A stretch of DNA of 64,000 nt from an uncultured Trueperaceae bacterium (GTDB taxonomy: Bacteria > Deinococcota > Deinococci > Deinococcales > Trueperaceae). The translations under genes were made by a program, and so were the position numbers. This document shows, in pieces, positions 50,621 through 61,122 of the stretch (positions are counted from its first letter, which is position 1; every line of letters starts with the position of its first letter). The stretch is from assembly GCA_963799485.1 (NCBI GenBank), contig CAWCXJ010000008.1, positions 311,526 through 375,525 on the forward strand, written 5' to 3'. The notes below the pieces were generated by a model, which was given only the letters and a program-made list of their open reading frames with translations, did not search any database and was not told the DNA's origin.

Positions 50621-51340
50621 TTACGAGGTCGCCTTTTTTTGCTCGAGCCACACCTTATCCTCGTCACTCAGCTCAGCTTGCCCCAGCAGTTCCGGACGAC
50701 GTTCCAGCGTTCTGGCGAGCGCCTGTTCACGCCGCCATTTCGTGACGTTGGCGTGGTGTCCACTTAAAAGGACTTCGGGAACGTCTGCCCCCTCGTAACT
50801 CGGTGGCCGCGTGTATTCCGGATAATCGAGCAGTCCGGTGGTAAACGAGTCCTGCGCGTGACTTTCGGCGTCGCCCAGTACCCCCGGCAACAACCGCGCC
50901 GTCGCCTCGATGAGCGCGAGTGCCGCGACTTCACCGCCCATCATCACGAAATCCCCGACGCTCACCTCACGGGTGACGCGCATTTCGGTGCGGGCGTCGA
51001 AACCTTCGTAGCGACCGGAGAGCAAACAGAGGTGTTCTTTGGTAGCGAGCTGTTCAGCCAGACGCTGCGTCAAAGGTTCCCCGGCAGGCGAGAGCAAAAT
51101 AAGCTCGTCGGGCGCGTCTACCTCAGCGAGCGCCCGCGCCGCTACGTCCACCCGGATAACCATCCCCGCGCCACCGCCGTAAGGCGTATCGTCCACGCGC
51201 CGGTGCCGGTTTCCGGCATAGTCACGGAGGTCACGGACATCGAACGCAAGCAGCCCTGCTTTTACGGCGCGGCCTAACAGCGCCTCCTCAGTCCAGGGCC
51301 GAATGAGTTGGGGAAACAGGGTTAAAACAGTGTATTTCAC
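50621..51340 (-). CDS. trmD: tRNA (guanine37-N1)-methyltransferase
   Basis: [35 protein letters not shown]. Confidence 0.96.
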   Translation of the reverse strand: MKYTVLTLFPQLIRPWTEEALLGRAVKAGLLAFDVRDLRDYAGNRHRRVDDTPYGGGAGMVIRVDVAARALAEVDAPDELILLSPAGEPLTQRLAEQLATKEHLCLLSGRYEGFDARTEMRVTREVSVGDFVMMGGEVAALALIEATARLLPGVLGDAESHAQDSFTTGLLDYPEYTRPPSYEGADVPEVLLSGHHANVTKWRREQALARTLERRPELLGQAELSDEDKVWLEQKKATS

Positions 51341-51360
51341 ATAGTTTAGCTTGGCAGGGG

Positions 51361-51891
51361 TTAGGGCGCGTTAAGCTCGAGCAACCCTTCCGGCGGATTG
51401 GTCAAGGTCACGCCGGACTCGGTAATGCTCACATAATCCGCTTGCAGCGGGATTAATACTTCACGTTCACCGGCCCCCACGACCAGCACATCCTGACCGA
51501 TATCGCCGCCTGCCGGGATGATGTCAACGACTTCACCAAACGGCTCACCGTCGATGATGACGGGTAGCTCGAGCAGCAAATCCAGATAGTGCGTGGGCGC
51601 TGCAGGCAGCGCAGCTTTGGCAGCGTAAACCTCGGCGTTGACCAAAAGCTGCGCGGTTTGCGGGTTGTCCGCGCCGACAAAGTAGACGATGAGCTGCGCC
51701 CCGACCGGACGCACACGCTTTACGGCGCGCTCACCGAAACCCGCCAGAAAAACCCGCTTCAGCTCTTTAAGCGCCAGCGCTTCGGCGTCGCCGAGCGCGT
51801 AAAAACGCAGGCCACCCTCGAGCTGAAACGTCCTGCCCAAAGTGCCGAGCAAGACGTAGTTTTCAGGAACTGTGTGTTCTGGAACCATCAT
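51361..51891 (-). CDS. rimM: 16S rRNA processing protein
   Basis: Position in the rpsP-khpA-rimM-trmD operon; PRC-barrel-like C-terminus. Confidence 0.85.
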   Translation of the reverse strand: MMVPEHTVPENYVLLGTLGRTFQLEGGLRFYALGDAEALALKELKRVFLAGFGERAVKRVRPVGAQLIVYFVGADNPQTAQLLVNAEVYAAKAALPAAPTHYLDLLLELPVIIDGEPFGEVVDIIPAGGDIGQDVLVVGAGEREVLIPLQADYVSITESGVTLTNPPEGLLELNAP

Positions 51892-51899
51892 CTGAGTTT

Positions 51900-52133
51900 T
51901 CAGGCGTTTAAGAGCTGTACTTCGACACGTTCCTGGCCTTCGGAAGCGGCCCTTGCCAACGTGCGGATGCTGTTGATGGTGCGCCCGCCGCGCCCGATAA
52001 CGCGACCTGCGTCGTCCGGCGCACAGCGGATTTCCACAACGAGGCCGTACCCCTCGGTGCGTGAAGAAACCGTCAGCTTGTCCGGTTCGGAAACCAGATT
52101 TTGCACGACGAACGCGACCAGCTCGGCAACCAT
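51900..52133 (-). CDS. khpA: KH domain RNA-binding protein
   Basis: GRVIGRGGRTI..IR. Confidence 0.9.
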   Translation of the reverse strand: MVAELVAFVVQNLVSEPDKLTVSSRTEGYGLVVEIRCAPDDAGRVIGRGGRTINSIRTLARAASEGQERVEVQLLNA

Positions 52134-52143
52134 ACGCTAAAGC

Positions 52144-52458
52144 TTAAGCGCTTTGGGCAGCCCGCGCTTCGGTGCGAGCGGTATAGTCGCGGCCCTGCTT
52201 GACCTTGACAGCACCGGCTTCGACGCCGGCACGCTCGAGCAGCCTCAAGGCCGTGTCGGTTGGTTGAGCACCCTGCGAAAGCCAGTGCTGCGCGCGCTCG
52301 ACGTTGATTTTAAGCGGTTCGGCGACCGTTTCACGCGGGTCGTAGTGCCCGAGCAGTTCGATGTAGTCGCTGCTGCGGCGTTTGCGGGCGTCGATCACGA
52401 CGACGCGGTAGTGTGGGTTTTTCTTTGCGCCGAGGCGCATAAGGCGAATCTTAACCAT
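52144..52458 (-). CDS. rpsP: 30S ribosomal protein S16
   Basis: [28 protein letters not shown]. Confidence 0.97.
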   Translation of the reverse strand: MVKIRLMRLGAKKNPHYRVVVIDARKRRSSDYIELLGHYDPRETVAEPLKINVERAQHWLSQGAQPTDTALRLLERAGVEAGAVKVKQGRDYTARTEARAAQSA

Positions 52459-52734
52459 GAGTTCCTCCGTGGGTTTTCAACCCAGCTATAACGGTATACT
52501 TGAGCCCATACAGGCAACCTTGCAAGTCTAGCAGATTCAGGCCGGTTAAGCTAGCGCCTGCCAGGGCTGACGACTTAATCAAGCACAAGTCCTGCCAGCA
52601 TGTAAGCTCGGAATTCTTGGAGCACTACCCTTTCTGTTCCCCAGCGGTTCAAGGGGCTTCTGACCGTATCGTAGCTTTTGCCCACACACTGGCTTATCCC
52701 TTGCATACTCACGCCCTCATGCGAAAGTCTTAAC

Positions 52735-52763
52735 TTGACAAAGCGATTTGACAAAGCGATTTG
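52735..52763. repeat. 13-bp tandem repeat TTGACAAAGCGAT x2
   Basis: Read directly in the nth-rpsP intergenic region. Confidence 0.85.
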
Positions 52764-52817
52764 GTTAAGTTGCCACGTCTTAACTATTGCGGAAAATTGA
52801 CTTGGATGTACTTAGAG

Positions 52818-53465
52818 TTAAACCGTGCTGCTCGGGCAAAGATCGCTGAGTGGACACGCCGCGCACAAAGGTGTCCGCGCCAGACATACCCGCCGCCCGT
52901 GAAAAATCAGCGCGTTGTGGAGAAAAATCCAGCTGTCTTTGGGGAAGGTAGCCTCGAGGTCAGCTTGCACCTTGTCGGGATTGGTCGCCTGCGTCAGCTC
53001 CAACCGCCGCGAAAGCCTGCCCACGTGCGTATCCACCGCAATTGCCGGACGCCCAAACGCGTTGGCCAGTACCACCGACGCCGTTTTACGGCCCACACCG
53101 GGGAGGCTCAGCACCGCCTCGAAATCTTCGGGTACTTCGCCGCCGAAGCGCTCGGTCAGGGCTTTTGCGGTAGCGACGCAGTTTTTGGCCTTGTTGCGGT
53201 ACAAGCCGATACGTTTGATAAACGGAATAAGCTCATCCGGTGTCGCCTGCGCCATCGTGGGTGCGTCCGGATAACGCTCGAACAGCGCAGGGGTAGCAGC
53301 GTTGACGCTTTTATCGGTCGCCTGTGCCGAAAGAATCGTCGAAATGAGAAGTTCAAAGGGATTACGGTGGCTGAGTTCGGTCTGCGCGTCCGGATAGGTT
53401 TCTCTGAGAATGTCTAAGATGGCCTGTGTGCGGCTTGGCTCAGTTTTTGAAAGGCTCGGCGTCAT
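52818..53465 (-). CDS. nth: Endonuclease III
   Basis: LSAQATD, HhH LPGVGRKTA, VDTHV, C-terminal Cys4 Fe-S motif. Confidence 0.93.
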   Translation of the reverse strand: MTPSLSKTEPSRTQAILDILRETYPDAQTELSHRNPFELLISTILSAQATDKSVNAATPALFERYPDAPTMAQATPDELIPFIKRIGLYRNKAKNCVATAKALTERFGGEVPEDFEAVLSLPGVGRKTASVVLANAFGRPAIAVDTHVGRLSRRLELTQATNPDKVQADLEATFPKDSWIFLHNALIFHGRRVCLARTPLCAACPLSDLCPSSTV

Positions 53466-53494
53466 GGTTTCATTATGTAGTGTAGGGTGTGGAT

Positions 53495-54106
53495 GTGACG
53501 GACGCTTCTGCTGTCGGTTCTCAACTTCCTGGTCGCTCACCCGGCGCAGTCCGTGACTTCGTTTGGGGTGAACTCTCGAGGCAACGGCAGGTCGGTTATC
53601 CGCTGCCGCCGCACGGTCATCACCCGAACTTTACGGGGGCGGCGAAGGCGGCGACGCTGCTTGTGGCGTATTTATTGGAGGCCCAAACCCTCACCCCCGG
53701 CTTTACTGTCCTCTGCTACCCGGACATGGTGCTTAAACCGCTGCGTAAAAGGTTGCTCGAGGCCGGCGTCCACGTCGTCGTACCCGCGCAGCACGGTGAG
53801 CATTATCGGCTCCTAAAGAGCGGCGTCGATCCCGTAAAAGCATCTTCAATTGCCGGGGCCGAACGCGAAGGTGAAGACCGGGCGACACTCCCCGAGGTCG
53901 GGTTTGTCTTCGTCGCCTGCGTCGCCGTAAGCCCAGCCGGTGAGGTATTGACCAAAGGCTACGGTTTTACGCCGCCCCAGACGGTTCTAGGACTGTCTTC
54001 AGCTACCGTTGTCCATCCGCTACAGGTCGTTCCGGGCCTCGAGCCTGACGCGCCACCGGTGACGCTTTTTGCCACACCTACAGAAGTATTTGTAAAAGGT
54101 ACGTAG
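53495..54106 (+). CDS. 5-formyltetrahydrofolate cyclo-ligase-like protein
   Basis: PNFTGA..AA, KGYGF, TVVHPLQV, ATP; resembles the MTHFSD/archaeal type. Confidence 0.6.
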   Translation: MTDASAVGSQLPGRSPGAVRDFVWGELSRQRQVGYPLPPHGHHPNFTGAAKAATLLVAYLLEAQTLTPGFTVLCYPDMVLKPLRKRLLEAGVHVVVPAQHGEHYRLLKSGVDPVKASSIAGAEREGEDRATLPEVGFVFVACVAVSPAGEVLTKGYGFTPPQTVLGLSSATVVHPLQVVPGLEPDAPPVTLFATPTEVFVKGT

Positions 54107-54166
54107 GTACTTGACAGAAGTTAAAAATCCGTCAGCCCTTTCTAGAACAGCTTTATAAACTCATGT

Positions 54167-55396
54167 ATGCCCGCCTATACCTACAAAGCAAGGGACCGCA
54201 GCGGCAAACTCGTCGAAGCGGTGATGGAAGCCGCGTCCCAACGCGACGTCGCTGCGAACCTACGTGAAAAAGGGCTGATCCCCACTGAAATCGCGGTTCC
54301 TAAAACCGGGATGCAAGCCGACATCAAACTCCCCGCCTGGCTCGACATCGGCGGGAAGACCAACCTACGCGACGTGACGGTTTTCAGCCGGCAGTTTGCG
54401 ACCGTGATCAACGCCGGGCTCCCGGTCGTGCAGTCGCTGGCTATTTTGCAAAAACAGGCAGAAAAAGCCAGTCTTAAAGACGCACTCAAAAAAATCCGGG
54501 AAGAGGTCGAAACAGGGTTGCCTCTTTCCGAAGCGATGGGCAAGCATCCCAAAATCTTCAACCGCTTGTACATCTATCTGGTACGCGCCGGGGAAGCCTC
54601 GGGAAACCTGGACGGTATCCTAGAGCGCGTCGCCAGCTACCAGGAGAAACAGGCGGCGCTGCGCGGCAAGCTTAAAAGTGCGATGACCTACCCCGGTGTG
54701 GTGTTGACGATTGCCCTCGGCGTCACCTATTTTTTGCTCACCGGCATCGTTCCGCAGTTCGCCGGTATCTTGACGCAGCTCGGCGGCGAACTGCCGGTTA
54801 TCACCAAAATCCTGATGGCCTTGAGCGGCTTTTTAACGAATCAGTGGTGGCTGCTGGTGCTAATTATCGGTGGTACAATTGGTGGAATCACGCTTTTTTA
54901 CCGGACCAATCAGGGCAGGCATACAATTGACGCGCTTCTCCTCAAAACGCCCGTGGTCGGTAACCTGATTCAAAAGGCGGCGATCGCGAGTTTTTCCAAC
55001 ACTTTCGGATTGCTCCTTAAAAGTGGTGTGAATATCATCGAAGCCATCGAGATTACGAAGGGGACGGCGGGCAACGTCATTATTGAAGACGTGCTCGAGG
55101 AGGCCAAGCAGTCGGTGCAGCGCGGCGAGCAGATCAGCGTGACGCTGATTAACCGGCCCAAAATCTTCCCACCTTTGGTCAGTTCGATGATTTCTATCGG
55201 CGAAGAAACCGGCAACGTAGACGCGATGATGGAAAAGATTGCCAGCTTTTACGAACGCGAGGTCAACGAGGCCATCGAAGGTTTGACGGCGGCTTTAGAG
55301 CCCATGCTCATCGTCTTTTTAGGGGGCGTGGTCGGCTTTATCGTTGCGGGGATGTTCCTGCCGATGTTTGCGATTATGGGGCAGCTGAGCGGCTAG
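54167..55396 (+). CDS. pilC: Type IV pilus / T2SS F-family inner membrane platform protein
   Basis: FSRQFAT, AGEASGNLD, AMTYP, IGEETG, EP. Confidence 0.92.
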   Translation: MPAYTYKARDRSGKLVEAVMEAASQRDVAANLREKGLIPTEIAVPKTGMQADIKLPAWLDIGGKTNLRDVTVFSRQFATVINAGLPVVQSLAILQKQAEKASLKDALKKIREEVETGLPLSEAMGKHPKIFNRLYIYLVRAGEASGNLDGILERVASYQEKQAALRGKLKSAMTYPGVVLTIALGVTYFLLTGIVPQFAGILTQLGGELPVITKILMALSGFLTNQWWLLVLIIGGTIGGITLFYRTNQGRHTIDALLLKTPVVGNLIQKAAIASFSNTFGLLLKSGVNIIEAIEITKGTAGNVIIEDVLEEAKQSVQRGEQISVTLINRPKIFPPLVSSMISIGEETGNVDAMMEKIASFYEREVNEAIEGLTAALEPMLIVFLGGVVGFIVAGMFLPMFAIMGQLSG

Positions 55397-55417
55397 ACGA
55401 ACGCCAGACAACTGTAG

Positions 55418-55448
55418 AGCGCGGTCTACCGGAGGGCTGCGCTTTTTT
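55418..55448 (+). terminator. Probable intrinsic terminator after pilC
   Basis: AGCGCGGTC...GGCTGCGCT stem plus T run. Confidence 0.55.
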
Positions 55449-55509
55449 GCGCCTCGAGCCCCCTTAAAGGTCATCTCGAGTATACTTGGCGCAACTCAGG
55501 AGGTCTTTC

Positions 55510-57303
55510 TTGAACCCCTATACCTTTGAACAGTTCGCTGCCACCCGCAGCTTCGGCACCCTCGCCTACAACCCCGGCGGGGAGCGGCTCTTTTATATCG
55601 CTGACACGACGGGTCAGCGCAATCTTTGGAGTCTTCCTGCGGGCGGCGGTTTTCCGCAGCAGCTCACGTCGTTTGCGGACGAACGCGTCACCGACTTTAG
55701 TGTTTCGCCCGACGGTCGGCAGCTCGCTTTGTTAGCCGACCGCCACGGCGACGAGATGACGCAGGTGTGGCGGCTCCCCGCGAGCGGCGGTTGGCCCGAA
55801 CGCCTGACCGACGTGCCCAAAGTGCAGTTTACGCTCGGGGAATGGCTAGACGCTGAGCGCGTTGTCGTTACGGCGAACGACCGGGAACCGAGTGAACAGC
55901 ATCCGCAACTGCTTGATATCACCACCGGTGAGCGGCGACGACTGCTGACGGGTGGGCTTTTTTACGGGACGACGGCCTCGCCCGACGGCAACTATATTCT
56001 CGTCCTCGAGGTTTTAGGCAACACCAACCAAAATCTCTACGTTTACGACGTACACACAGGCCGGAAGGTCTTGGCGACGCCGCACGAAGGTGAAGCGATT
56101 TACTCTCCCGGCCCCTGGACAGAAGACGGTTTTTACCTGCTCACTAACGAAAGCCGCGAGTTTACCGGTCTGGCGTTTTACGGCCTCGCCGAGGGCGGCT
56201 GGTCTTACACCTTTACCCCGGATTACGACGTTGAAAAGGTGGTGCTGTCACGCGACAAGAGGTTACTGGTTGCGGTCGTCAACGAGGCGGGCGCGTCGCA
56301 ACTGCACGCGTTTGATGTGGAGCAGGATAGAGAACTCGCGCTTCCCCGCTTGCCCTACGGGGTGGTCGAGCAGCTAGACGTTCACCCGTCGGGTGGGAAA
56401 ATCGCACTGCTTTTAGGAACGGCAACCGAGTCGGACAACATCTTTGAACTCGACCTCGCTACAGGTGAGCTGCGGGCGCGCGAGCAGAGTATGCTCGGCG
56501 GGATTAAAAAGGGTGATTTGCTCGAGCCTGAACTCATTTCTTACGCGAGTTTCGACCAGGATATCCCCGCCTGGTTGTACCGACCCAAATCGAGCGCAGG
56601 GCGTGTGCCGGTCGTGCTGTCTATTCACGGCGGGCCGGAGGCGCAAGAACGCCCGGACTACGCCTACAACGGACTTTATCAGTATTTGCTCAGCCGCGGC
56701 ATCGGCGTGCTGGCCCCGAATATCCGTGGTTCAACCGGTTACGGTATCTCGTACCAAAAACTCATCCACCGTGATTGGGGCGGAGGCGAGCTCGAGGACG
56801 TCCGTCACGCGGCTGAGTATCTAAAGACGCTCGCGTGGGTAGACCCTACACGAATCGCTGTCTTCGGCGGTTCGTTCGGCGGTTTTGCTACGCTCAGCGC
56901 CCTTACGCGCTTACCTGAGTACTGGGCTACCGGCGTTGATCTGGTTGGCCCGGCGAATCTGGTGACGTTTGTAGAGAGCGTGCCCCCCTTCTGGCGCAGC
57001 ATCATGCGGGAGTGGGTCGGCGACGCTGAAGCCGACCGCGAGTTTTTGCGCGAGCGTTCTCCGATCACCCACCTTGACGGTATCCGCGCCCCGCTGCTCG
57101 TCATGCAAGGCGCGAACGACCCAAGAGTTGTGCAGGCAGAAAGTGACCAAATGGTCGCAGCGTTACGCGGGCGTAACCATGACGTAACCTACTACGTGGA
57201 TGAAAAAGGTGGTCACGGCCCCTCGAGCCGCGAAGACGGTGTTCGCTGGATGAAGATGATTGCGGAGTATCTCGAGGCCAAGCTGCTCGCTCAAACAGGC
57301 TAA
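55510..57303 (+). CDS. S9 family peptidase (beta-propeller plus alpha/beta hydrolase)
   Basis: HGGP, PNIRGSTGYG, GGSFGG, GANDPRV, GHG; TTG start after AGGAGG. Confidence 0.9.
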   Translation: MNPYTFEQFAATRSFGTLAYNPGGERLFYIADTTGQRNLWSLPAGGGFPQQLTSFADERVTDFSVSPDGRQLALLADRHGDEMTQVWRLPASGGWPERLTDVPKVQFTLGEWLDAERVVVTANDREPSEQHPQLLDITTGERRRLLTGGLFYGTTASPDGNYILVLEVLGNTNQNLYVYDVHTGRKVLATPHEGEAIYSPGPWTEDGFYLLTNESREFTGLAFYGLAEGGWSYTFTPDYDVEKVVLSRDKRLLVAVVNEAGASQLHAFDVEQDRELALPRLPYGVVEQLDVHPSGGKIALLLGTATESDNIFELDLATGELRAREQSMLGGIKKGDLLEPELISYASFDQDIPAWLYRPKSSAGRVPVVLSIHGGPEAQERPDYAYNGLYQYLLSRGIGVLAPNIRGSTGYGISYQKLIHRDWGGGELEDVRHAAEYLKTLAWVDPTRIAVFGGSFGGFATLSALTRLPEYWATGVDLVGPANLVTFVESVPPFWRSIMREWVGDAEADREFLRERSPITHLDGIRAPLLVMQGANDPRVVQAESDQMVAALRGRNHDVTYYVDEKGGHGPSSREDGVRWMKMIAEYLEAKLLAQTG

Positions 57304-57422
57304 ACGTCACGCGTGAGGACGCCGCGTGAGGATGCCCAAATTGCTATAGCGTGCGCCTACATGCTAGACTGTCAAGGTTGACTGCTACGGTCTGAACTAC
57401 GAGCATAAAATTAAGGAGCATC

Positions 57423-57698
57423 ATGGCAAGAAATCCATCGGCAATGAAGTATCACCGCCAGGCCCAAAAAGCCCGCGCCCAAAACCGCGCCGCCAAAAGC
57501 ACCATCCGCACCTTCGGCAAAAAAGCCGCTGCCGCCGCCGAAGCCGGGGACAGCGAAACTGCCGCCAAGTTCCAGCGCGTTACGGTCAGCCTGATCGACC
57601 GGGCTGCCAAAGGTTCGACGCTCCATAAAAATACGGCGGCTCGCCGTAAATCACGCCTCGCCAAACGATTTAATAAGGCGTTAGAGCAAACTGCTTAA
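57423..57698 (+). CDS. rpsT: 30S ribosomal protein S20
   Basis: [23 protein letters not shown]. Confidence 0.95.
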   Translation: MARNPSAMKYHRQAQKARAQNRAAKSTIRTFGKKAAAAAEAGDSETAAKFQRVTVSLIDRAAKGSTLHKNTAARRKSRLAKRFNKALEQTA

Positions 57699-57716
57699 AC
57701 ACTTGGCTTAAACGAG

Positions 57717-57742
57717 AAGCTCCCGAACCGGGAGCTTTTTTT
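57717..57742 (+). terminator. Intrinsic terminator after rpsT
   Basis: AAGCTCCCG-AAC-CGGGAGCTT plus T run. Confidence 0.85.
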
Positions 57743-57826
57743 GTTGGTGTCTCGGACCGATGCTGTATGAATTTGCTGATGTGTCGGCTTCTGCGTGCCG
57801 AGAAGCTCGAGCAACCCCATCAAACC

Positions 57827-58411
57827 TTAGCCGTAACGCTCTTCTTTGAACGGGTCGCCGCGCATGTGGTAGCCGTTACGCTCCCAGAACCCCGGTTTAT
57901 CGCCCTTCATAAACTCGAGCCCTGAAAGCCATTTGGCACTCTTCCAGGCGTAGAGGTGCGGGATAATCGTGCGAACCGGGCCGCCGTGTTCGGTGGGAAT
58001 GTCTTTGCCCTCCAATTTATGCGCGACCATGCAGTTCTCCGCGACAAAATCCTCAATCGCAAGGTTGGTGGTGTAGCCGCCGTAACAGTGAAACAAGATG
58101 TGCGTTGCTGAGGGGTCGGGCTCGAGGTGCTTCATCAGTTCGGTGCTCAACACGCCTGTCCAGCTCACGTCCAGCTTCGACCAGTGCGTAACGCAGTGAA
58201 AGTCTTTGGTCACGTCTGTTTGCGGCATGGCGAGCAGGTCGTTCCAGCGGAAGGTTTTCGCTTTAGCCAGGCCGAATATGCGCAGCTCAAACTCTTCTTG
58301 AGTTACGCGCGGCGTCGGGCCGTAGGTCATAATCGGGAAGCGTTCGGTGACGCTCTGCCCCGCCGGAACTTTGGGATTGTCGGGTTGTTTGCGAAAAATG
58401 TTTCCGAGCAT
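57827..58411 (-). CDS. Sulfite oxidase-like molybdopterin oxidoreductase
   Basis: DFHCVTHWS, HGGPVR, YAWKSAKW, GFWERNGYH. Confidence 0.88.
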   Translation of the reverse strand: MLGNIFRKQPDNPKVPAGQSVTERFPIMTYGPTPRVTQEEFELRIFGLAKAKTFRWNDLLAMPQTDVTKDFHCVTHWSKLDVSWTGVLSTELMKHLEPDPSATHILFHCYGGYTTNLAIEDFVAENCMVAHKLEGKDIPTEHGGPVRTIIPHLYAWKSAKWLSGLEFMKGDKPGFWERNGYHMRGDPFKEERYG

Positions 58412-58503
58412 AGCCTAAACCTAGCATGCAAGGGTCGAAACAAGAGTTGCCCTCTGCAGGGTTCGCGTATAGTTTTTGCGGCAAAGGCAGTACGCTGAGG
58501 GTT

Positions 58504-59238
58504 GTGGCTGCACTTCGTATCATTCTGGTAAGACCTAAAGACCCGGCAAATATCGGCTCGAGCGCCCGCGCGATGAAAAACTTCGGCCTGAGCGAGCTGC
58601 ACCTCGTCTCGCCGCAGCGCCCACTCAACCAGCACGCCTACGCGCTCGCTTCGCACGCCGGCGACGTACTAGACGGGGCCGTAATCTGCGAAACGGTCGC
58701 CGACGCCCTGCACGGTTGCACGCTCGTCCTCGGTACGACAGCACGCCCGAGGAATTCTGAGATGCGCGTTTACACGCCGAGAGAGGCTGCTGAAACGTTG
58801 CCGCGTGAAGGCGTCGCGGTGCTCTTCGGCCCTGAGGATTACGGTCTCAGCAACGAAGATTTACGGCACTGCCAGGGTTATATCCAAATTCCTACCGCCG
58901 AGTATGCGTCTCTGAACCTCGCGCAAGCGGTGCAACTTGTCGCGTACGAATGTTTTGTCGCTGCCGGACAAAAGACTCACGGTGTAACCCGTGAGGTGGC
59001 TCCGAGAGAGAGACTCGAGGGGTTCTACGCCCATCTCCTCGACATGCTCCACACCATCGGCTACACCGACGCCCAACGTGAGGAGAGCGCCGACGCGATG
59101 TTCCGCGCTATCTTCGACCGGGCCGAGCTGAGCGAGCGCGAAGTGGCGGCGCTGCGCGGGGTCTGGCGGCAGGTTTTGTGGGCCGCTCGTAACAAGGCCC
59201 ATGATGAAAAAAGGTCAAACCCCGTTGACACTCCCTAA
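58504..59238 (+). CDS. trmJ: TrmJ/LasT family SPOUT tRNA methyltransferase
   Basis: NIGSSARAMKNFG, FGPE..GL, SLNLAQAV. Confidence 0.82.
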   Translation: MAALRIILVRPKDPANIGSSARAMKNFGLSELHLVSPQRPLNQHAYALASHAGDVLDGAVICETVADALHGCTLVLGTTARPRNSEMRVYTPREAAETLPREGVAVLFGPEDYGLSNEDLRHCQGYIQIPTAEYASLNLAQAVQLVAYECFVAAGQKTHGVTREVAPRERLEGFYAHLLDMLHTIGYTDAQREESADAMFRAIFDRAELSEREVAALRGVWRQVLWAARNKAHDEKRSNPVDTP

Positions 59239-59254
59239 GCCCCGCTTGTATACT
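59225..59254 (+). promoter_or_regulatory. Sigma70 promoter of the tRNA cluster
   Basis: TTGACA (59225) - 18 bp - TATACT (59249). Confidence 0.8.
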
Positions 59255-59287
59255 CATGGACGCTGACCGGAGGGCTTATGTCCTCAG

Positions 59288-59377
59288 GGAGGGTTGGCCG
59301 AGCGGTTGAAGGCGGCAGTCTTGAAAACTGCAGTAGGGGTGACCTTACCGGGGGTTCGAATCCCTCACCCTCCGCCA
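59288..59377 (+). tRNA. tRNA-Ser (anticodon TGA)
   Basis: Acceptor GGAGGGT/ACCCTCC, anticodon arm GCAGT-CTTGAAA-ACTGC, long variable arm, GTTCGAATC, encoded CCA. Confidence 0.95.
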
Positions 59378-59408
59378 TAAGTCAGCCGCGCATTACAAAG
59401 AACGGTAT

Positions 59409-59500
<92 letters not shown>

Positions 59501-59577
59501 GTGTATCAGGGGTATCATCCCTAATACATCAAGGGTACTAGTTAGCATAAGTTACTGATGATACCAGTAATCTGTTC

Positions 59578-59654
<77 letters not shown>

Positions 59655-59681
59655 AAAAAACCTCGTCTTAGACGGGGTTTT
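59655..59681 (+). terminator. Terminator after tRNA-Arg
   Basis: AAAAACCTCGTC-TTA-GACGGGGTTTTT. Confidence 0.75.
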
Positions 59682-60032
59682 TGCTTTGCCTCGAGTGTGC
59701 CTAGTCACCGCCAAAGCCCAAATGTGTGCCTATTGTGTGCCGCTTTTTTTTGCGGCATCAATTGGGGCATTGCCGAAGGTAGGGAGAGGTCAAAGCAGGT
59801 ACCTTACCGTTTTTTTGCCGCGTGGGACAGATAATGCGCCGTTTCTTATCCGAACCCGCATTCGTCAAGCTACGTTGTACAAACGTCAGTAGTTGAGTCG
59901 TCAACCTGTCCATTCAAAGGAAAGGTTAAGCCCTTAATCTTTCTTTTGGAGCAGCCTAAAGTAAAAAACTTTCTTTTGAGCTTCCGGTCATAGTCGGTTG
60001 TGTGCCTCTTTGTGTGCCGCTACAGAGGCAGC

Positions 60033-60085
60033 TGTTCCAAAATGACTTATGTTCCATTTTATGAAACTCTGCTATATTTGGAACA
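60033..60085 (+). promoter_or_regulatory. Inverted-repeat operator upstream of the AbiEi-like gene
   Basis: TGTTCCAAA (60033-41) / TTTGGAACA (60077-85), with an internal GTTCCAT..ATGAAAC. Confidence 0.55.
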
Positions 60086-60087
60086 AG

Positions 60088-61122
60088 ATGATGCTTACAG
60101 AAGAAACTACGCTTGTTGATGAAATTGTCGAAGTACTCGGTGCGCTACCCGGCGTTCAAGTGACTCGAAGACCTGACGAGCACAGTGACTTTGGAGCCGA
60201 GCATGTCATTGATCTAACAACGCCCTGTGGGAACGGCACTTACGGAGTTGTGACCAGATTGAACGTGACCCGCGCGACGTTAGAGGCCGTTATCGCTCAG
60301 GTCAAGCGTCTAGAGGGTGTAGGTGGGTTCCGACCTCTGCTGGCTACGACGTACCTGCCGGATACGCTGGCAGCTTCGCTAACCGAAGCCGATCTCAATT
60401 TTGTAGATACAGCGGGGAATATGTCGTTACAGGGTTCAGGGCTCTACGCGGTTGTACGCGGCAGAAAGTCGCTCAACACCCAGGGCCACGACGCTTTTAC
60501 TGCGACTGGTCTCAAGATCGTTTATGCCCTGTTAGCCTATCCTCCCTTACAACAAAGCACCTACCGCAGCATCCAAACGGCAACAGGCGTGAGCCTGGCA
60601 TCAGTCAGTCGGACGATAGGTAGCTTGCTCGAGCAGGGCCACCTGCTCAGGGGCAAAGATGGGGTTCTCTACATCGCACAGTTTCGCGACCTGCTTTCGC
60701 GCTGGGAACTCGGTTATCTGGAAGTGTTACGCCCAAAGCTTGCGCCGACCGCGTGGCGCTACTCGAGTGTAGACAGGTCAACAGCGCTGGACATGCTGAA
60801 ATCGTATCCCGGTGTACTGATCGGCGGTGAAGAAGCTGCGGCTCGTCTGACAAACTATCTAAAACCTCAAACCCTGACCCTGCACGCCGACCTCAGGGTA
60901 CAAAAAGAGCTTCGCGCCGCCTTTAAGCTTTTGCCCGCTAGAGAAACACCTGACCTCTACCTGACAAACTTACCCGTTCCTTACGACCTTACTCAAGCTC
61001 GTACTGATCGTCTCGCCGCTCCACTCTTAGTCCGTGCGGAACTGCTAGCCTACGGCGGCGACCGTTTGCACGAGGTGGCGAACAGGCTTCTCGACGAGGT
61101 GCTGGCACTTGATGACCGATAG
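60088..61122 (+). CDS. Type IV TA antitoxin, AbiEi-like (COG4861-like)
   Basis: NFVDTAGN, HTH (YRSIQTATGVSLASVSR), LLSRW, GGE.AA..LT.YLKP, PLLV.AELL..G..R..E.A. Confidence 0.75.
   Translation: MMLTEETTLVDEIVEVLGALPGVQVTRRPDEHSDFGAEHVIDLTTPCGNGTYGVVTRLNVTRATLEAVIAQVKRLEGVGGFRPLLATTYLPDTLAASLTEADLNFVDTAGNMSLQGSGLYAVVRGRKSLNTQGHDAFTATGLKIVYALLAYPPLQQSTYRSIQTATGVSLASVSRTIGSLLEQGHLLRGKDGVLYIAQFRDLLSRWELGYLEVLRPKLAPTAWRYSSVDRSTALDMLKSYPGVLIGGEEAAARLTNYLKPQTLTLHADLRVQKELRAAFKLLPARETPDLYLTNLPVPYDLTQARTDRLAAPLLVRAELLAYGGDRLHEVANRLLDEVLALDDR

Noticed and set aside
59288..59377. Selenocysteine or suppressor tRNA
   Set aside because: Anticodon is TGA (reads UCA, Ser), not TCA; ordinary 7-bp acceptor stem
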